Shown piece by piece: positions 21,397 through 31,007 of a stretch of 64,000 nucleotides of DNA (position 1 is its first letter; each line of letters starts with the position of its first letter). A program made the translations under genes and the position numbers. The notes below the pieces were generated by a model. The model saw nothing but the letters and a program-made list of their open reading frames with translations, had not been told where the DNA came from and ran no database searches. Source of the DNA: an uncultured Candidatus Saccharibacteria bacterium (lineage in GTDB: Bacteria > Patescibacteriota > Minisyncoccia > Phycocordibacterales > UBA2100); contig CAZJEQ010000005.1 in the NCBI GenBank assembly GCA_964545165.1, forward strand, positions 7,072 to 71,071. The letters are read 5' to 3'.

Positions 21397-22152
21397 ATGC
21401 AGTGCCCGCGTGCCGCCATATTCGATCTCGATGACACGCTCGCGGAGAGCTTCCAGCCGCCGAGCGATGAGATGATCGCCCGCCTTCTTCGATTGCTCGA
21501 TCATATGCCGGTCGCCATCCTCTCCGCCGCTGGCTTTCCGCGCATCGAAGCGGATTTTCTTCACAAAATGGCCGTCTCGGCGCGGATTGATGAGTTTTAT
21601 ATTTTCCCGAATAGTTCCGCACAGTGCTTCATGCACGAACACGGCGCCTGGAAAAAAGCGTACGACTCCGTCCTCACCGAGGAAGAGCGCGCTGCGATCA
21701 AAGCAGCCATCACCGAGAGCGTCGCCGAGGTGCAGCTCGAGCTTGATCCGCGCCATGCGCCCATGATCATCGACCGCGATGTCGAGATCGCGTACGCAGC
21801 ACTCGGCCTCTCAGCACCGGAGGCAGACAAGCTCGCATGGGATCCCGACAAGACCAAACGCAAAATGCTCAAAGCCGCACTCGACAAACGACTCCCGAAT
21901 TTCGAAGTCCTGATTGGTGGGAAAACGACCATGGATATCACGCACAAGGGCATCACCAAGGCCTATGGCGTCGAATGGTTTAGCAAAAAGCTCGGCATCC
22001 CGACGAGCGACATGCTCTACGTGGGCGACGCGTTTTATGAGGGCGGCAACGACGCCGTCGTAATCCCCACCGGGGTTGTCACGCGACCGGTTTCAGGCCC
22101 AGAAGAGACTGCCGTGGTGTTGGATGAAGTCCTCGCAGCGTGCAGCGCATAA
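21397..22152 (+). CDS. HAD-superfamily hydrolase (Cof/IIB-like)
   Basis: 251 aa, ...AAIFDLDDTLAES... motif I; ...YVGDAFYEGGND... motif IV. Confidence 0.7.
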   Translation: MQCPRAAIFDLDDTLAESFQPPSDEMIARLLRLLDHMPVAILSAAGFPRIEADFLHKMAVSARIDEFYIFPNSSAQCFMHEHGAWKKAYDSVLTEEERAAIKAAITESVAEVQLELDPRHAPMIIDRDVEIAYAALGLSAPEADKLAWDPDKTKRKMLKAALDKRLPNFEVLIGGKTTMDITHKGITKAYGVEWFSKKLGIPTSDMLYVGDAFYEGGNDAVVIPTGVVTRPVSGPEETAVVLDEVLAACSA

Positions 22153-22157
22153 TGCGA

Positions 22158-23567
22158 CTACTTGGTAGCGGTCCAATACGTATTCCAGACAAATATGCCG
22201 GCTATCGCGAGTGCGAAGAGCCCTGCCAAAATCCACAGATAGTTAGAGGTCACCGACTCAGCAGCACTTGCTGATTGCGTCTCTGGTGCCGGCTGCAGTA
22301 CCGGTGCTTCTGCGATCGGCGCGATTGATGTCTCAGGAGTGGCCGATTTGGGCACCGACGCTTTCACCGGTGTCGGTTGTTCGCGCACAACAGGCTGAAT
22401 CGGAACAACGGTCTCGGGAATGCTCGACTCGACTGGTTCGACTGGAGGCACGACCGGTGCTGGAGCTGGTACGCTCACGCTCGTCATGACGGGCGCGATC
22501 ACGGGCGCGGAAAAATTCTGCACCGGCGGGCCATTGCTTACCGGTGCGCTTGGCGCGGGAGCAGGAGCATTCAAGGTCACATGCACGACAAACGATGTGC
22601 TGGTGGCGTTGAGTGCGGCGTCCTGAGCATTACACGTGACCGTCGTATTGCCGATAGCAAAATTCGTACCCGATAACGGTGAGCAAGAAACCGTCACGAG
22701 CGGATCGACGTTGTCGGTCGCGGTCGGCGTCGTGTATGTCACCGTCATGCCCCCAGCGCTTGTTGATGTCGCGAAAACATCCGCGACGACACTGATGGTC
22801 GGCGCAATGACATCTGCGCAAGTATTGATACAGAAGGTTACGGTGTCGGTGCGCGATTGATTGAAGAGGTCTGTCGCGGTCACGACGAGATTGTGCTGGC
22901 CGTCGGCAAGCGTCGAGGTCGCATACGCATAGCTGATACAGTCTTCTGCAGGTTTGCCATCGAGCACACAGCTGAGCGTGCTCAAGTAATCGTCGCCTGA
23001 GAGCGCGAAATCAAAGCTCGGTGAATCGGTACCGAAGGTATAGGCATGCGCATCTGTGCCAGTCCCGCCGACAAAGACACTGTCAATCGATGGCGCTGGA
23101 TGCGAGGCAAGCACGACCGTATTGAGTGTACCGAGTGCCACCATCGAAAGCGGTGTACCGCCGAATTCAAAGACGCGTTTCTTGAAGATAAACGACGCAC
23201 CATCGGGAAAGCTTGGTTGGCTGATGGCGGTGAGAATATCGGCGATCGCGATATCGGGGACATTAAATTTCGTGCCGATCTCTCCAGCAAGAATGATATG
23301 CGCAACTCCAATTTGGTAATCAGTGCCGCCAAAATTTACATAGGTACGCACCTCTCCGCCAATATTCGCAACATCGTTGCCCACGGCCACATTGAGGCGC
23401 ACGTGCGTGTTGGCATCGGTGATGTAGCCGGAAAACACGGTACCGCCGATGGCGACGGGAGCATCTGCTACTGGTGCGCCCGCATCGCTCGCGAAAACGG
23501 CTGCAGGAGAGCACAGGAGAACGAGTCCGAGGATGACGGCCGCGCCGTTTTTCCTTGTGACTGTCAT
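22158..23567 (-). CDS. secreted, C-terminally membrane-anchored surface protein with HYR domain and Pro-rich stalk
   Basis: ORF 22158..23633 trimmed to ATG 23567 (MTVTRKNGAAVILGLVLLCSPAAVFA signal peptide). HYR-like block TVTYTTPTATDNVDPLVTVSCSPLSGTNFAIGNTTVTCNAQD; PAPAPS linker; C-terminal TM. TATAAT 7 nt upstream of ATG. Confidence 0.65.
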   Translation of the reverse strand: MTVTRKNGAAVILGLVLLCSPAAVFASDAGAPVADAPVAIGGTVFSGYITDANTHVRLNVAVGNDVANIGGEVRTYVNFGGTDYQIGVAHIILAGEIGTKFNVPDIAIADILTAISQPSFPDGASFIFKKRVFEFGGTPLSMVALGTLNTVVLASHPAPSIDSVFVGGTGTDAHAYTFGTDSPSFDFALSGDDYLSTLSCVLDGKPAEDCISYAYATSTLADGQHNLVVTATDLFNQSRTDTVTFCINTCADVIAPTISVVADVFATSTSAGGMTVTYTTPTATDNVDPLVTVSCSPLSGTNFAIGNTTVTCNAQDAALNATSTSFVVHVTLNAPAPAPSAPVSNGPPVQNFSAPVIAPVMTSVSVPAPAPVVPPVEPVESSIPETVVPIQPVVREQPTPVKASVPKSATPETSIAPIAEAPVLQPAPETQSASAAESVTSNYLWILAGLFALAIAGIFVWNTYWTATK

Positions 23568-23674
23568 ATGTACAATTATACCACTCGTTTCTCCTTTGTC
23601 TACGGCCTGTTTCTCTCCCCCAAATCGTCTCAAAGGCCCGAATAGCGCTGCGTACAGCCGCTATACTTATGGCC

Positions 23675-25327
23675 ATGAGCACACTCGCCGAGCGCCTCGC
23701 ACGCGTCGTCAAAGGCGACGTATTGACCGACGCGGACACCCTCAAGAAATACAGCCGCGACACAAGCATTTTCGAGAAGACGCCCGAGGTGGTCGTCTTC
23801 CCCAAGGACACCGATGACGTCGTGGCCGTGGTAAAGCTCGCACACGAAGCGCGCGGTCGCGGAGAAAACACCTCCATCGCACCACGATCTGCCGGCACCG
23901 ATATGACCGGCGGGCCACTCACCGATTCCATCTCACTCGTCTTTACGAAATACATGAATCGCATTCTCAAGATGGAGGATGATGCGGTCACTGCCGAGCC
24001 CGGCATCTATTATCGTGATCTCGAAAAAGAAACACTTAAGCAAACAGGCAAGATATTCCCCTCGTACCCCGCGTCTCGCGAGCTGTGTGCATTTGGCGGC
24101 ATCGTGGCGAATAATTCTGGCGGCGAATTGACGCTCCGCTACGGGAAGACCGATAAGTATGTACGCGAGATGGAGGTGATCCTCTCCGATGGCTCCACGG
24201 CGCACATTCGACCACTCAATCCCGAAGAACTGGCAGACAAACAGCGTGAACAGACGCTCGAAGGACAGATTTATGCCGGCATTCACCGCCTCATCGACGC
24301 CCATGAAGCAGAGATACAAGCCGCAAAACCGAGTGTCACGAAAAATTCTGCCGGCTACGCGCTGTGGGATGTGATCGATCGCGAGAACAAGGTCTTCGAT
24401 CTCGGCAAGCTCATCGTCGGCTCGCAGGGCACGCTCGCCATCGTCACGAGTGCCACGGTCGGCCTGGAGAAATTAAAAGAGCATCGCGCGATGCTCGTGG
24501 TCTTCCTTTCAGATCTCACGATTTTACCGACCATTGTGCATCGGGTCCTCAAGCTGGAGCCAGAATCATTTGAATCGTACGATGATCAGACCTTTAAGCT
24601 CGCCGTGCGCTTCGCGCCACAAATCGTGCGGCATTTCGGTTTTGTACAAATGGTGAAGCTCGCCTTCGCGTTTCTGCCGGAAGCATGGCTCGTCTTGACC
24701 GGTGGCGTCCCGAAGCTCGTGCTTATGGCGGAATTCGCGGAAGACACACAAGAGGAGGCATTGGAAAAAGCGCGCCATGCGCAAGCGGCGCTCAGCGATC
24801 TCCATGTGCGTACAAAGATCGCACGATCTGAGACACAGGCTGCGAAATACTGGACTATTCGTCGCGAAAGTTTCGCGCTCTTGAGAAAAAATCTCAAAGG
24901 TCTCTACGCTGCACCGTTTATCGACGATCTCGTGGTGCATCCCGATGATTATCCGCACTTCCTCCCTGAGCTGGACGCGCTCCTCGCCCACCATCGTTTC
25001 ATCTATACCATTGCCGGACACATCGGCGACGGAAATTTCCACATCATTCCACTCGAGAATATGACCGATCCGAAGGCGCGCGAGGAGATTCTTGAGCTCG
25101 TGCCAAAGGTGTACGCGTTGGTCGCGAAATACAAGGGCTCAATTACGGGCGAGCACAACGACGGCATCATCCGCACTCCCTATCTCCCTATTATGTATGG
25201 CGATACGATGTGCCAGCTCTTTGCCGAGGTCAAACATATCTTCGATCCGCTCGGCGTCCTCAATCCCAGCAAGAAAACAGGCGGTACAATAGAAGACATT
25301 CGTGCGCACATGATTCACCATGTATAA
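23675..25327 (+). CDS. FAD-linked oxidase (PCMH-type FAD-binding; GlcD/D-lactate dehydrogenase-like)
   Basis: ORF from 23669; second ATG 23675 preferred because TATACT lies 7 nt upstream. Carries an FAD-binding PCMH domain. Confidence 0.75.
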   Translation: MSTLAERLARVVKGDVLTDADTLKKYSRDTSIFEKTPEVVVFPKDTDDVVAVVKLAHEARGRGENTSIAPRSAGTDMTGGPLTDSISLVFTKYMNRILKMEDDAVTAEPGIYYRDLEKETLKQTGKIFPSYPASRELCAFGGIVANNSGGELTLRYGKTDKYVREMEVILSDGSTAHIRPLNPEELADKQREQTLEGQIYAGIHRLIDAHEAEIQAAKPSVTKNSAGYALWDVIDRENKVFDLGKLIVGSQGTLAIVTSATVGLEKLKEHRAMLVVFLSDLTILPTIVHRVLKLEPESFESYDDQTFKLAVRFAPQIVRHFGFVQMVKLAFAFLPEAWLVLTGGVPKLVLMAEFAEDTQEEALEKARHAQAALSDLHVRTKIARSETQAAKYWTIRRESFALLRKNLKGLYAAPFIDDLVVHPDDYPHFLPELDALLAHHRFIYTIAGHIGDGNFHIIPLENMTDPKAREEILELVPKVYALVAKYKGSITGEHNDGIIRTPYLPIMYGDTMCQLFAEVKHIFDPLGVLNPSKKTGGTIEDIRAHMIHHV

Positions 25328-26345
25328 ACGCTTCCTCACGCTTGCACTCTCACTCTTGGCACTGCCGACACTCGCCTCGGCACACGAGGTCTACCTGCTC
25401 ACGCAAGAGACGATCGATCAGGCGGTACACACACCTTCACCGAATCCCGTACTTGCGTATTTCGGCAACGAAGGCCATTTCTACTTTTGGGGATTTGTCG
25501 CGATCATTCTCACGCTCACCGTCTTTTTCGCGTCGACCTTCCGCCGCATCGAAGCGTGGACGGTGCCCTTCTTCGCTCTCCTCAAACGTTTTGCGCACCC
25601 GCTCGTGCGCATCACGATCGGTGCGACCCTCGTCGGCTTTGGTGTCAACGCAATTCTTTACGGGCCGGAGGTGCCGCTGAACGCGATATTCGGCATCGCC
25701 GCGCCAATGATGCAGGTGCTCATGATCGCGATCGGTGCGGGCATCGTGATCGGATTCCAAACGCGTCTCTTGAGTGCGTTCGCGCTCGGCATCTATCTCT
25801 ATGCGACGACTGCTTTGGGCTTCTACGCGCTGACCTACCTCCAACACGCGGCTGGGTACCTGTTCCTCATTATTGTCGGCGGTGGACTGTGGACGATAGA
25901 TCACCGCTTTCACCTCGGGTGGCATATCAGGAAACAGCTCGAACATTTTGCACCCTATGCCTTTCCGCTCCTTAGAGTAGGACTCGGTGCAAGTATCATG
26001 TTTGCTGCGTTCTATGCAAAATTCCTGCATTCAAATCTCGCGCTCGATCTGATCTCGCACTATCATCTCGAAACAATCTTCCCGTTCGATCCACTCTTTA
26101 CGGTACTCGGTGCATTTATTATCGAATTTCTCGCGGGACTGATGTTGGTACTCGGCATCGAGATCCGCTGGACGGCACTCTTCTTGCTTGTCTGGCTCAC
26201 GCTCGCACACCTCTATTTCCCGGAGCCGTGGTGGGTGCACATCTCACTCTACGGTCTCGGGCTCGCCATCTTCTGTCACGGCTATGATCGCTTCGCGATT
26301 GAAGGTCGCTTTCTTAAGCACCGAAATATGGAGCCCGTGCTCTGA
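25320..26345 (+). CDS. signal-peptide polytopic membrane protein (DoxX-like, two internal halves)
   Basis: 341 aa, N-terminal MYKRFLTLALSLLALPTLASA, about 8 TM segments. Confidence 0.5.
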   Translation: MYKRFLTLALSLLALPTLASAHEVYLLTQETIDQAVHTPSPNPVLAYFGNEGHFYFWGFVAIILTLTVFFASTFRRIEAWTVPFFALLKRFAHPLVRITIGATLVGFGVNAILYGPEVPLNAIFGIAAPMMQVLMIAIGAGIVIGFQTRLLSAFALGIYLYATTALGFYALTYLQHAAGYLFLIIVGGGLWTIDHRFHLGWHIRKQLEHFAPYAFPLLRVGLGASIMFAAFYAKFLHSNLALDLISHYHLETIFPFDPLFTVLGAFIIEFLAGLMLVLGIEIRWTALFLLVWLTLAHLYFPEPWWVHISLYGLGLAIFCHGYDRFAIEGRFLKHRNMEPVL

Positions 26346-26354
26346 GTGAGCGTA

Positions 26355-26885
26355 TTACTTGCGGCGGACGTACAGCATCAGCGCAATAAGCGCCGCGAAT
26401 AGCGTGGCGGCAGCGAGCGGATACGTGATGTAGTTGAATTCAAAGAGGAATCGCTGAGCGCACGACACCGTGCCGGTAGCGGGGCACGGCAATCCTGAAC
26501 CCGGCAAGACCTGGAGGAGGTGCTGGTATATGGCGATGACGAATCCGATGACAGAGAGCGCGATCGAATAGCATGCGACCGTGCGCTCGCGCTTGATCAA
26601 GGCGACGGCGAAGATGACTACCTGCGGGTAGAGCATCGCCCGCTGCCACCAGCAGAGCGGGCAGGGATCAATACCGAGTATCGCCGAGTAATAGACGGTC
26701 AGTGCACTTCCTACGATAGCGAGTACGAGTCCTATGGCAATGCCATACGACTGTATGGCACGAGCACATTCCTCACCGCCCGCGAAGCGACGACGCAGGA
26801 AAAATGCAAAGAAGAGGCCGACTGTGATGAGCTGGAGCGCGAGCGTGCCAAGACCCACGAGCGTGTTGGCAGCCGCAAGCGTCAT
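26355..26885 (-). CDS. disulfide bond formation protein B (BdbC type)
   Basis: 176 aa with CPLCWWQR motif and four TM helices. Confidence 0.7.
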   Translation of the reverse strand: MTLAAANTLVGLGTLALQLITVGLFFAFFLRRRFAGGEECARAIQSYGIAIGLVLAIVGSALTVYYSAILGIDPCPLCWWQRAMLYPQVVIFAVALIKRERTVACYSIALSVIGFVIAIYQHLLQVLPGSGLPCPATGTVSCAQRFLFEFNYITYPLAAATLFAALIALMLYVRRK

Positions 26886-26888
26886 AGC

Positions 26889-27266
26889 TTATTGCGTGAG
26901 TGGGCACCCGCTTGCCGTGGCAAGCTGTGCGGCGGTCAACTCACCCGTGAGGCGCGAGCCATCCGCAAAGATCCAGGTCGGGTAGTTCGTGATTTGTTTG
27001 TCGATGCATACCTGCAGCTGACCCTTTCCGTCTGGGGTCGAACATTCCACATACGGCAACGCTGAGACGGCACTCCCGAACATGCGCTTGGTCGCCTGGC
27101 AGTGCGGGCACCAGAACGCGCCATAGAAAGTGGCGCCTTTATCCTTGAGGCACTGTGCGAGCGGAAGCAGATTGCTCGGCTTGGCAGCCATATACATGGC
27201 ACCGAACATGGCGATGGCAAAGATTGCCGCCGCAAGAATGAGCCATATTTTCCCTCCCATTTTCAT
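26889..27266 (-). CDS. membrane-anchored thioredoxin-like protein (DsbA/BdbD-like partner)
   Basis: 125 aa; N-terminal TM; WCPHC active site; second Cys pair. Confidence 0.65.
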   Translation of the reverse strand: MKMGGKIWLILAAAIFAIAMFGAMYMAAKPSNLLPLAQCLKDKGATFYGAFWCPHCQATKRMFGSAVSALPYVECSTPDGKGQLQVCIDKQITNYPTWIFADGSRLTGELTAAQLATASGCPLTQ

Positions 27267-27274
27267 GAGAGATA

Positions 27275-27781
27275 GTGTATCATCTCGGTATGTTCAGACG
27301 CAATGAAGACCCCATCGACCACAAATTTCTTCTCCAGGTGGTGCAGCCAGCACTGATCGGCCTTATCGACGGCTCAGTCTCCACGCTTGCACCCATCTTC
27401 GCAGCAGCATATGCCAGCGGCAATCCGCACGTCGTCTTCCTCGTAGGTGCCGCCGCATCCATCGGCGCTGGCATCTCCATGGCATTTGCAGAAGGCCTCT
27501 CTGACACCGGCGAGCATACGGGTCGCGGGCACCCATTTGTGCGTGGTGCAATCGTCGGCGTCGCGACGTTCTTCGGCGGTATTTTGCATAGCCTCCCGTT
27601 TCTCATTGCGGATATGCAGGTCGCGCTCTACCTTGCATACGCGATCGTCGCGGTCGAATTACTCTCGATCGGCTACATCCGCTATCACTACTTCCGCCTA
27701 AGCTTCTGGCTCTCGGTGGCACAGGTCGTCTTTGGCGGAGCACTCGTGCTCGCCGCAGGTATCCTGATAGGTAGCGCCTAA
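27275..27781 (+). CDS. VIT1/CCC1-family membrane protein
   Basis: 168 aa; VIT-family TM pattern. Confidence 0.6.
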   Translation: MYHLGMFRRNEDPIDHKFLLQVVQPALIGLIDGSVSTLAPIFAAAYASGNPHVVFLVGAAASIGAGISMAFAEGLSDTGEHTGRGHPFVRGAIVGVATFFGGILHSLPFLIADMQVALYLAYAIVAVELLSIGYIRYHYFRLSFWLSVAQVVFGGALVLAAGILIGSA

Positions 27782-28212
27782 GCCTTCTTCGGCTTCTTTT
27801 TGGATTGGCAATTGGCTGATCCGCACTGGCAACCGATCGGGCGAATGAATTCGTCGAAGTACTCCTCGTCGTAATCAATGTAGAGCTCCTCCCCCGCCTG
27901 TATGTCGCGGACCGCGTAGATATTTATGTGCTTTGAGCCATCGTCTTCCTCGTCAATTTCCGCCTCGACACTCGGGTCGCACGAGTGATTGATGTACTTG
28001 GCCGTATTGTCGTCGGTATCACCATTGAGGGTGACTTTCTCGTCGAGTTCAAATAGATAGCGGCCCGGGTGATCATCAGCTTCTTCTGCGGTGAGCGGCA
28101 CGCCGGTGTATTCCAAAATAAACGCCCCCTTTTTGATAGCGGTCTTCGCGAAGAGTCCCTTGCCGACACCTTTTTGCAAGGATTCTTTGATATCGAAATC
28201 TGTGCTTTCCAT
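27778..28212 (-). CDS. SET-domain protein (putative protein-lysine methyltransferase)
   Basis: ORF 27778..28248 trimmed to ATG 28212 (MESTDFDIK...). Motifs NHSCDPS, GEELYIDYDEEY and post-SET CQCGSANC. Confidence 0.7.
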   Translation of the reverse strand: MESTDFDIKESLQKGVGKGLFAKTAIKKGAFILEYTGVPLTAEEADDHPGRYLFELDEKVTLNGDTDDNTAKYINHSCDPSVEAEIDEEDDGSKHINIYAVRDIQAGEELYIDYDEEYFDEFIRPIGCQCGSANCQSKKKPKKA

Positions 28213-28240
28213 CGCGTCGCGAGTATAGCATAATACTGCC

Positions 28241-29500
28241 ATGTCCAAGGGTCAGAAAATCTCCACCGAGCCATACAAGGGTGTCCGCGACTTCTATCCA
28301 GAAGATCAATTCATTCAGCGCTACATGTTTGAGCACATGGAGCGTGTGTGCGAACTCTACGGCTACGAGGAATACAATGCCTCCGTCTTAGAGCCCGCAG
28401 AGATGTATCGTGCGAAGTCGTCCGAGGAGATCGTCAACGACCAGACCTACACCTTTACCGATCGAGGAGAGCGCGAAGTGACGCTGCGCCCTGAAATGAC
28501 ACCGACTTTTGCACGCCTTATCGCTGGCAAGGCACGCGAGATCCCGATGCCTGCTCGCTGGTACTCGATTCAGAATTTCTTCCGCTACGAGCGCCCACAG
28601 CGTGGCCGCGTGCGCGAATTCTGGCAGCTCAATGCCGACATCGTGGGCGCACCGGGCGTCGAAGCAGATGCCGAGGTGATCTCGATGGCACACGCGATTA
28701 TGCGCGCACTGGGCGCTGAGGAGCGTGACTTTGAAATCCGCGTCTCTGATCGTCGCATCCTCGATTCGCTGTTTGATGAGGCAGGTGTCGCCGCAGAGAG
28801 CCGCGCAGAGGTTATGCGCTTGCTTGATCGACGCGATAAGCTCGATAATTTCAAAGAGCAACTCGAGGGCCTCGTCGGCAACGACATCGCCGCGACCCTC
28901 ATCGATAAAATCGACACCGTGACCTCATCGGCGTATCTCGAAGAGCTGCGCATCATCCTCGAGCAGCTCGGCGTGCGCAACATGGTTGTGGACACCAAGA
29001 TCACCCGTGGTTTTGATTACTACACCGGCATGGTCTTTGAGGTCTTCGACACGACGCCAGAGAATCGACGCTCGATGTTTGGCGGCGGTCGCTACGACAA
29101 TCTCCTCGGACTCTTTGGTGGCGAGAAAATCCCCGCGGTCGGCTTTGCGATGGGCGACGTGACGGCACGCGATTTTCTCGAGAGCCACAATCTCATGCCG
29201 GAATACGCGCCGGCGACGGAGCTCATGATCTGCATTGTCGAAGAAAGCGCCACGAGCCACGCCATGCGCCTCGCACAGGATTTGCGCCGAGAAGACGTGA
29301 CAGTGGCGGTGAATTTCTCGGGCAAGAAAATCGGCGACCAGATTCGCCAGGCCGACAAAATGAAAGTGCCGTTTGTCATCGCCGTGGGTGCGCAGGAGCG
29401 CGACAGTGGCCGCTACACTATAAAAAATCTCTCCTCGGGACAGGAAATGACGTTGCCTGCAGATCGGATTTCAGAGCACCTTTTCTCCTCACTCGGCTAA
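28241..29500 (+). CDS. hisS: histidyl-tRNA synthetase
   Basis: 419 aa; ...RYERPQRGR...; class II aaRS motifs. CATAAT 6 nt upstream of ATG. Confidence 0.9.
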   Translation: MSKGQKISTEPYKGVRDFYPEDQFIQRYMFEHMERVCELYGYEEYNASVLEPAEMYRAKSSEEIVNDQTYTFTDRGEREVTLRPEMTPTFARLIAGKAREIPMPARWYSIQNFFRYERPQRGRVREFWQLNADIVGAPGVEADAEVISMAHAIMRALGAEERDFEIRVSDRRILDSLFDEAGVAAESRAEVMRLLDRRDKLDNFKEQLEGLVGNDIAATLIDKIDTVTSSAYLEELRIILEQLGVRNMVVDTKITRGFDYYTGMVFEVFDTTPENRRSMFGGGRYDNLLGLFGGEKIPAVGFAMGDVTARDFLESHNLMPEYAPATELMICIVEESATSHAMRLAQDLRREDVTVAVNFSGKKIGDQIRQADKMKVPFVIAVGAQERDSGRYTIKNLSSGQEMTLPADRISEHLFSSLG

Positions 29501-29516
29501 CAAGAGGTAAAAATAC

Positions 29517-30107
29517 GTGCGTGATATACTCGTCACGATGCGCATCGTGACGTTTGATATTGAAACGGCAAATTGGCTCTCCGAAGGCAATGGCATGCAG
29601 GATCTCAACATCGCGATTGCCTGTATTCACGATTCGGAAACGGATGAGTACTCGAGCTATCTCGAGAGCGAACTGCCCAAGCTCTGGCCGATTCTGGAGC
29701 GCACCGATATGCTCATCGGCTACAACTCCAATCACTTTGATATTCCCCTCCTCAACAAATACTACCCAGGTGATCTGACCAAAATAAAGAGCCTTGATCT
29801 GCTCGTTGAGATTAAAAATACCCTCGGCCGCTCGCTGCGTCTCGATGCGGTTGCCGATGGTACGCTCGGGGTGCGCAAAAGCGGCAGCGGCTCGCAATCG
29901 CTCCAGTGGTGGCGTGCCGGCGAAATCGACAAGGTGCGCCAGTACTGCCTTAAAGACGTGGAGATCACCAAGCGCGTCTACGAGCACGCACTGCAAAAAG
30001 GCTTTCTCAAATACAAGGAGCTCGGACGCTCACACGAGATCAAGATAGATACTTCGAAGTGGCTCACACCGGCGAATCAGCCGATGACCTTCTCGCTCGG
30101 TTTCTAA
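29517..30107 (+). CDS. DEDD-family 3'-5' exonuclease (RNase H-like)
   Basis: GTG start with AGAGGT SD 8 nt upstream; ...VTFDIETA... Exo I motif; YCLKDVE. Confidence 0.65.
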   Translation: MRDILVTMRIVTFDIETANWLSEGNGMQDLNIAIACIHDSETDEYSSYLESELPKLWPILERTDMLIGYNSNHFDIPLLNKYYPGDLTKIKSLDLLVEIKNTLGRSLRLDAVADGTLGVRKSGSGSQSLQWWRAGEIDKVRQYCLKDVEITKRVYEHALQKGFLKYKELGRSHEIKIDTSKWLTPANQPMTFSLGF

Positions 30108-30111
30108 CTAC

Positions 30112-30187
30112 TGGTGCCTGGGATCAGATTTGCACTGATGACCCTTCCCTCTTCAGGGGAATGCTCTACTAACTGAGCTACCCAGGC
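30112..30187 (-). tRNA. tRNA-Phe (GAA), CCA encoded
   Basis: Minus-strand sequence GCCTGGGTAGCTCAGTTAGTAGAGCATTCCCCTGAAGAGGGAAGGGTCATCAGTGCAAATCTGATCCCAGGCACCA. 7-bp acceptor, 4-bp D stem, 5-bp anticodon stem with loop CTGAAGA. T-loop reads TGCAAAT, which is non-canonical. Confidence 0.8.
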
Positions 30188-30279
30188 AAGTGAGGGAAAA
30201 TGGGAAGGCTCGCCTTCACATTTTACCCGAGTGCCGCCTAGACACGAATGTACCCAGGCGAACGTCGACAATATAACAC

Positions 30280-30582
30280 CTATTGTGCGGTCGTTGAAGT
30301 TCCGTTGCTGAAGCGCTGACGAAACTGCTCAAAGGCTGCCATCCACTCACCAAGCTGCCCTTCGAGCTCCACTTTCTTGCCGGTCGCGCTGGAGATCGTC
30401 GATTCCATCGACTTTACGATCGGCGAGAGATACACGAAGTACAGCCAGATCGGCACACCGAGCGCGAGCAAGTAGAGCGCGAGCCTGAAGAGCCCGCCCC
30501 AAAAGGCGCGGCGCTGCATCGAGTGCAGCATCTGGTTGTTTTCCTTGACCAAGCGATGAATCTCTCGCAGATCGGGTTCCAT
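30280..30582 (-). CDS. hypothetical small membrane protein (100 aa)
   Basis: One central TM (WGGLFRLALYLLALGVPIWLYFVYL); sits between two tRNAs. Confidence 0.4.
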   Translation of the reverse strand: MEPDLREIHRLVKENNQMLHSMQRRAFWGGLFRLALYLLALGVPIWLYFVYLSPIVKSMESTISSATGKKVELEGQLGEWMAAFEQFRQRFSNGTSTTAQ

Positions 30583-30608
30583 TCAGATCATTTTACCACT
30601 CAAATCAT

Positions 30609-30680
30609 TGCCCTCAGCAAGAATCGAACTCACATCGTTCCCTTAGGACGGGACTGCTCTATCCATTGAGCTATGAGGGC
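30609..30680 (-). tRNA. tRNA-Arg (CCT)
   Basis: GCCCTCATAGCTCAATGGATAGAGCAGTCCCGTCCTAAGGGAACGATGTGAGTTCGATTCTTGCTGAGGGCA. 7-bp acceptor, T-loop TTCGATT, anticodon loop GTCCTAA, one G.A at 27-43, no encoded CCA. Confidence 0.7.
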
Positions 30681-30735
30681 ACCGCAAAGGGCGCGTACGC
30701 ACAGCATACGCGCCCGTGAGGATTATTTCCAACGA

Positions 30736-30975
30736 TTAGAGATCGAGGAGCTGCTTGAGCTTTTCCTCGTCGAAGCCGACGATGAGCTCGTTGTCGACGG
30801 TGATGACCGGGACGCCCATCTGACCGCTCTTCTGGATCATTTCCTGGCGCTTGGCGAGATCAGTCCCGACATTGTGCTCCGTATAGGTCACGTGATTGTC
30901 GGTGAAGAAGTCCTTTGCCGCATGGCAGAAGTGACAGGTCGGCGTCGAATAAATAGTGACAGTGTGTGCAGCCAT
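30736..30975 (-). CDS. glutaredoxin (NrdH/Grx-like)
   Basis: 79 aa, TIYSTPTCHFCHAAK... Confidence 0.8.
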   Translation of the reverse strand: MAAHTVTIYSTPTCHFCHAAKDFFTDNHVTYTEHNVGTDLAKRQEMIQKSGQMGVPVITVDNELIVGFDEEKLKQLLDL

Positions 30976-31007
30976 AAATGGTTCGTTAAATAAGTACGTG
31001 GATTATA

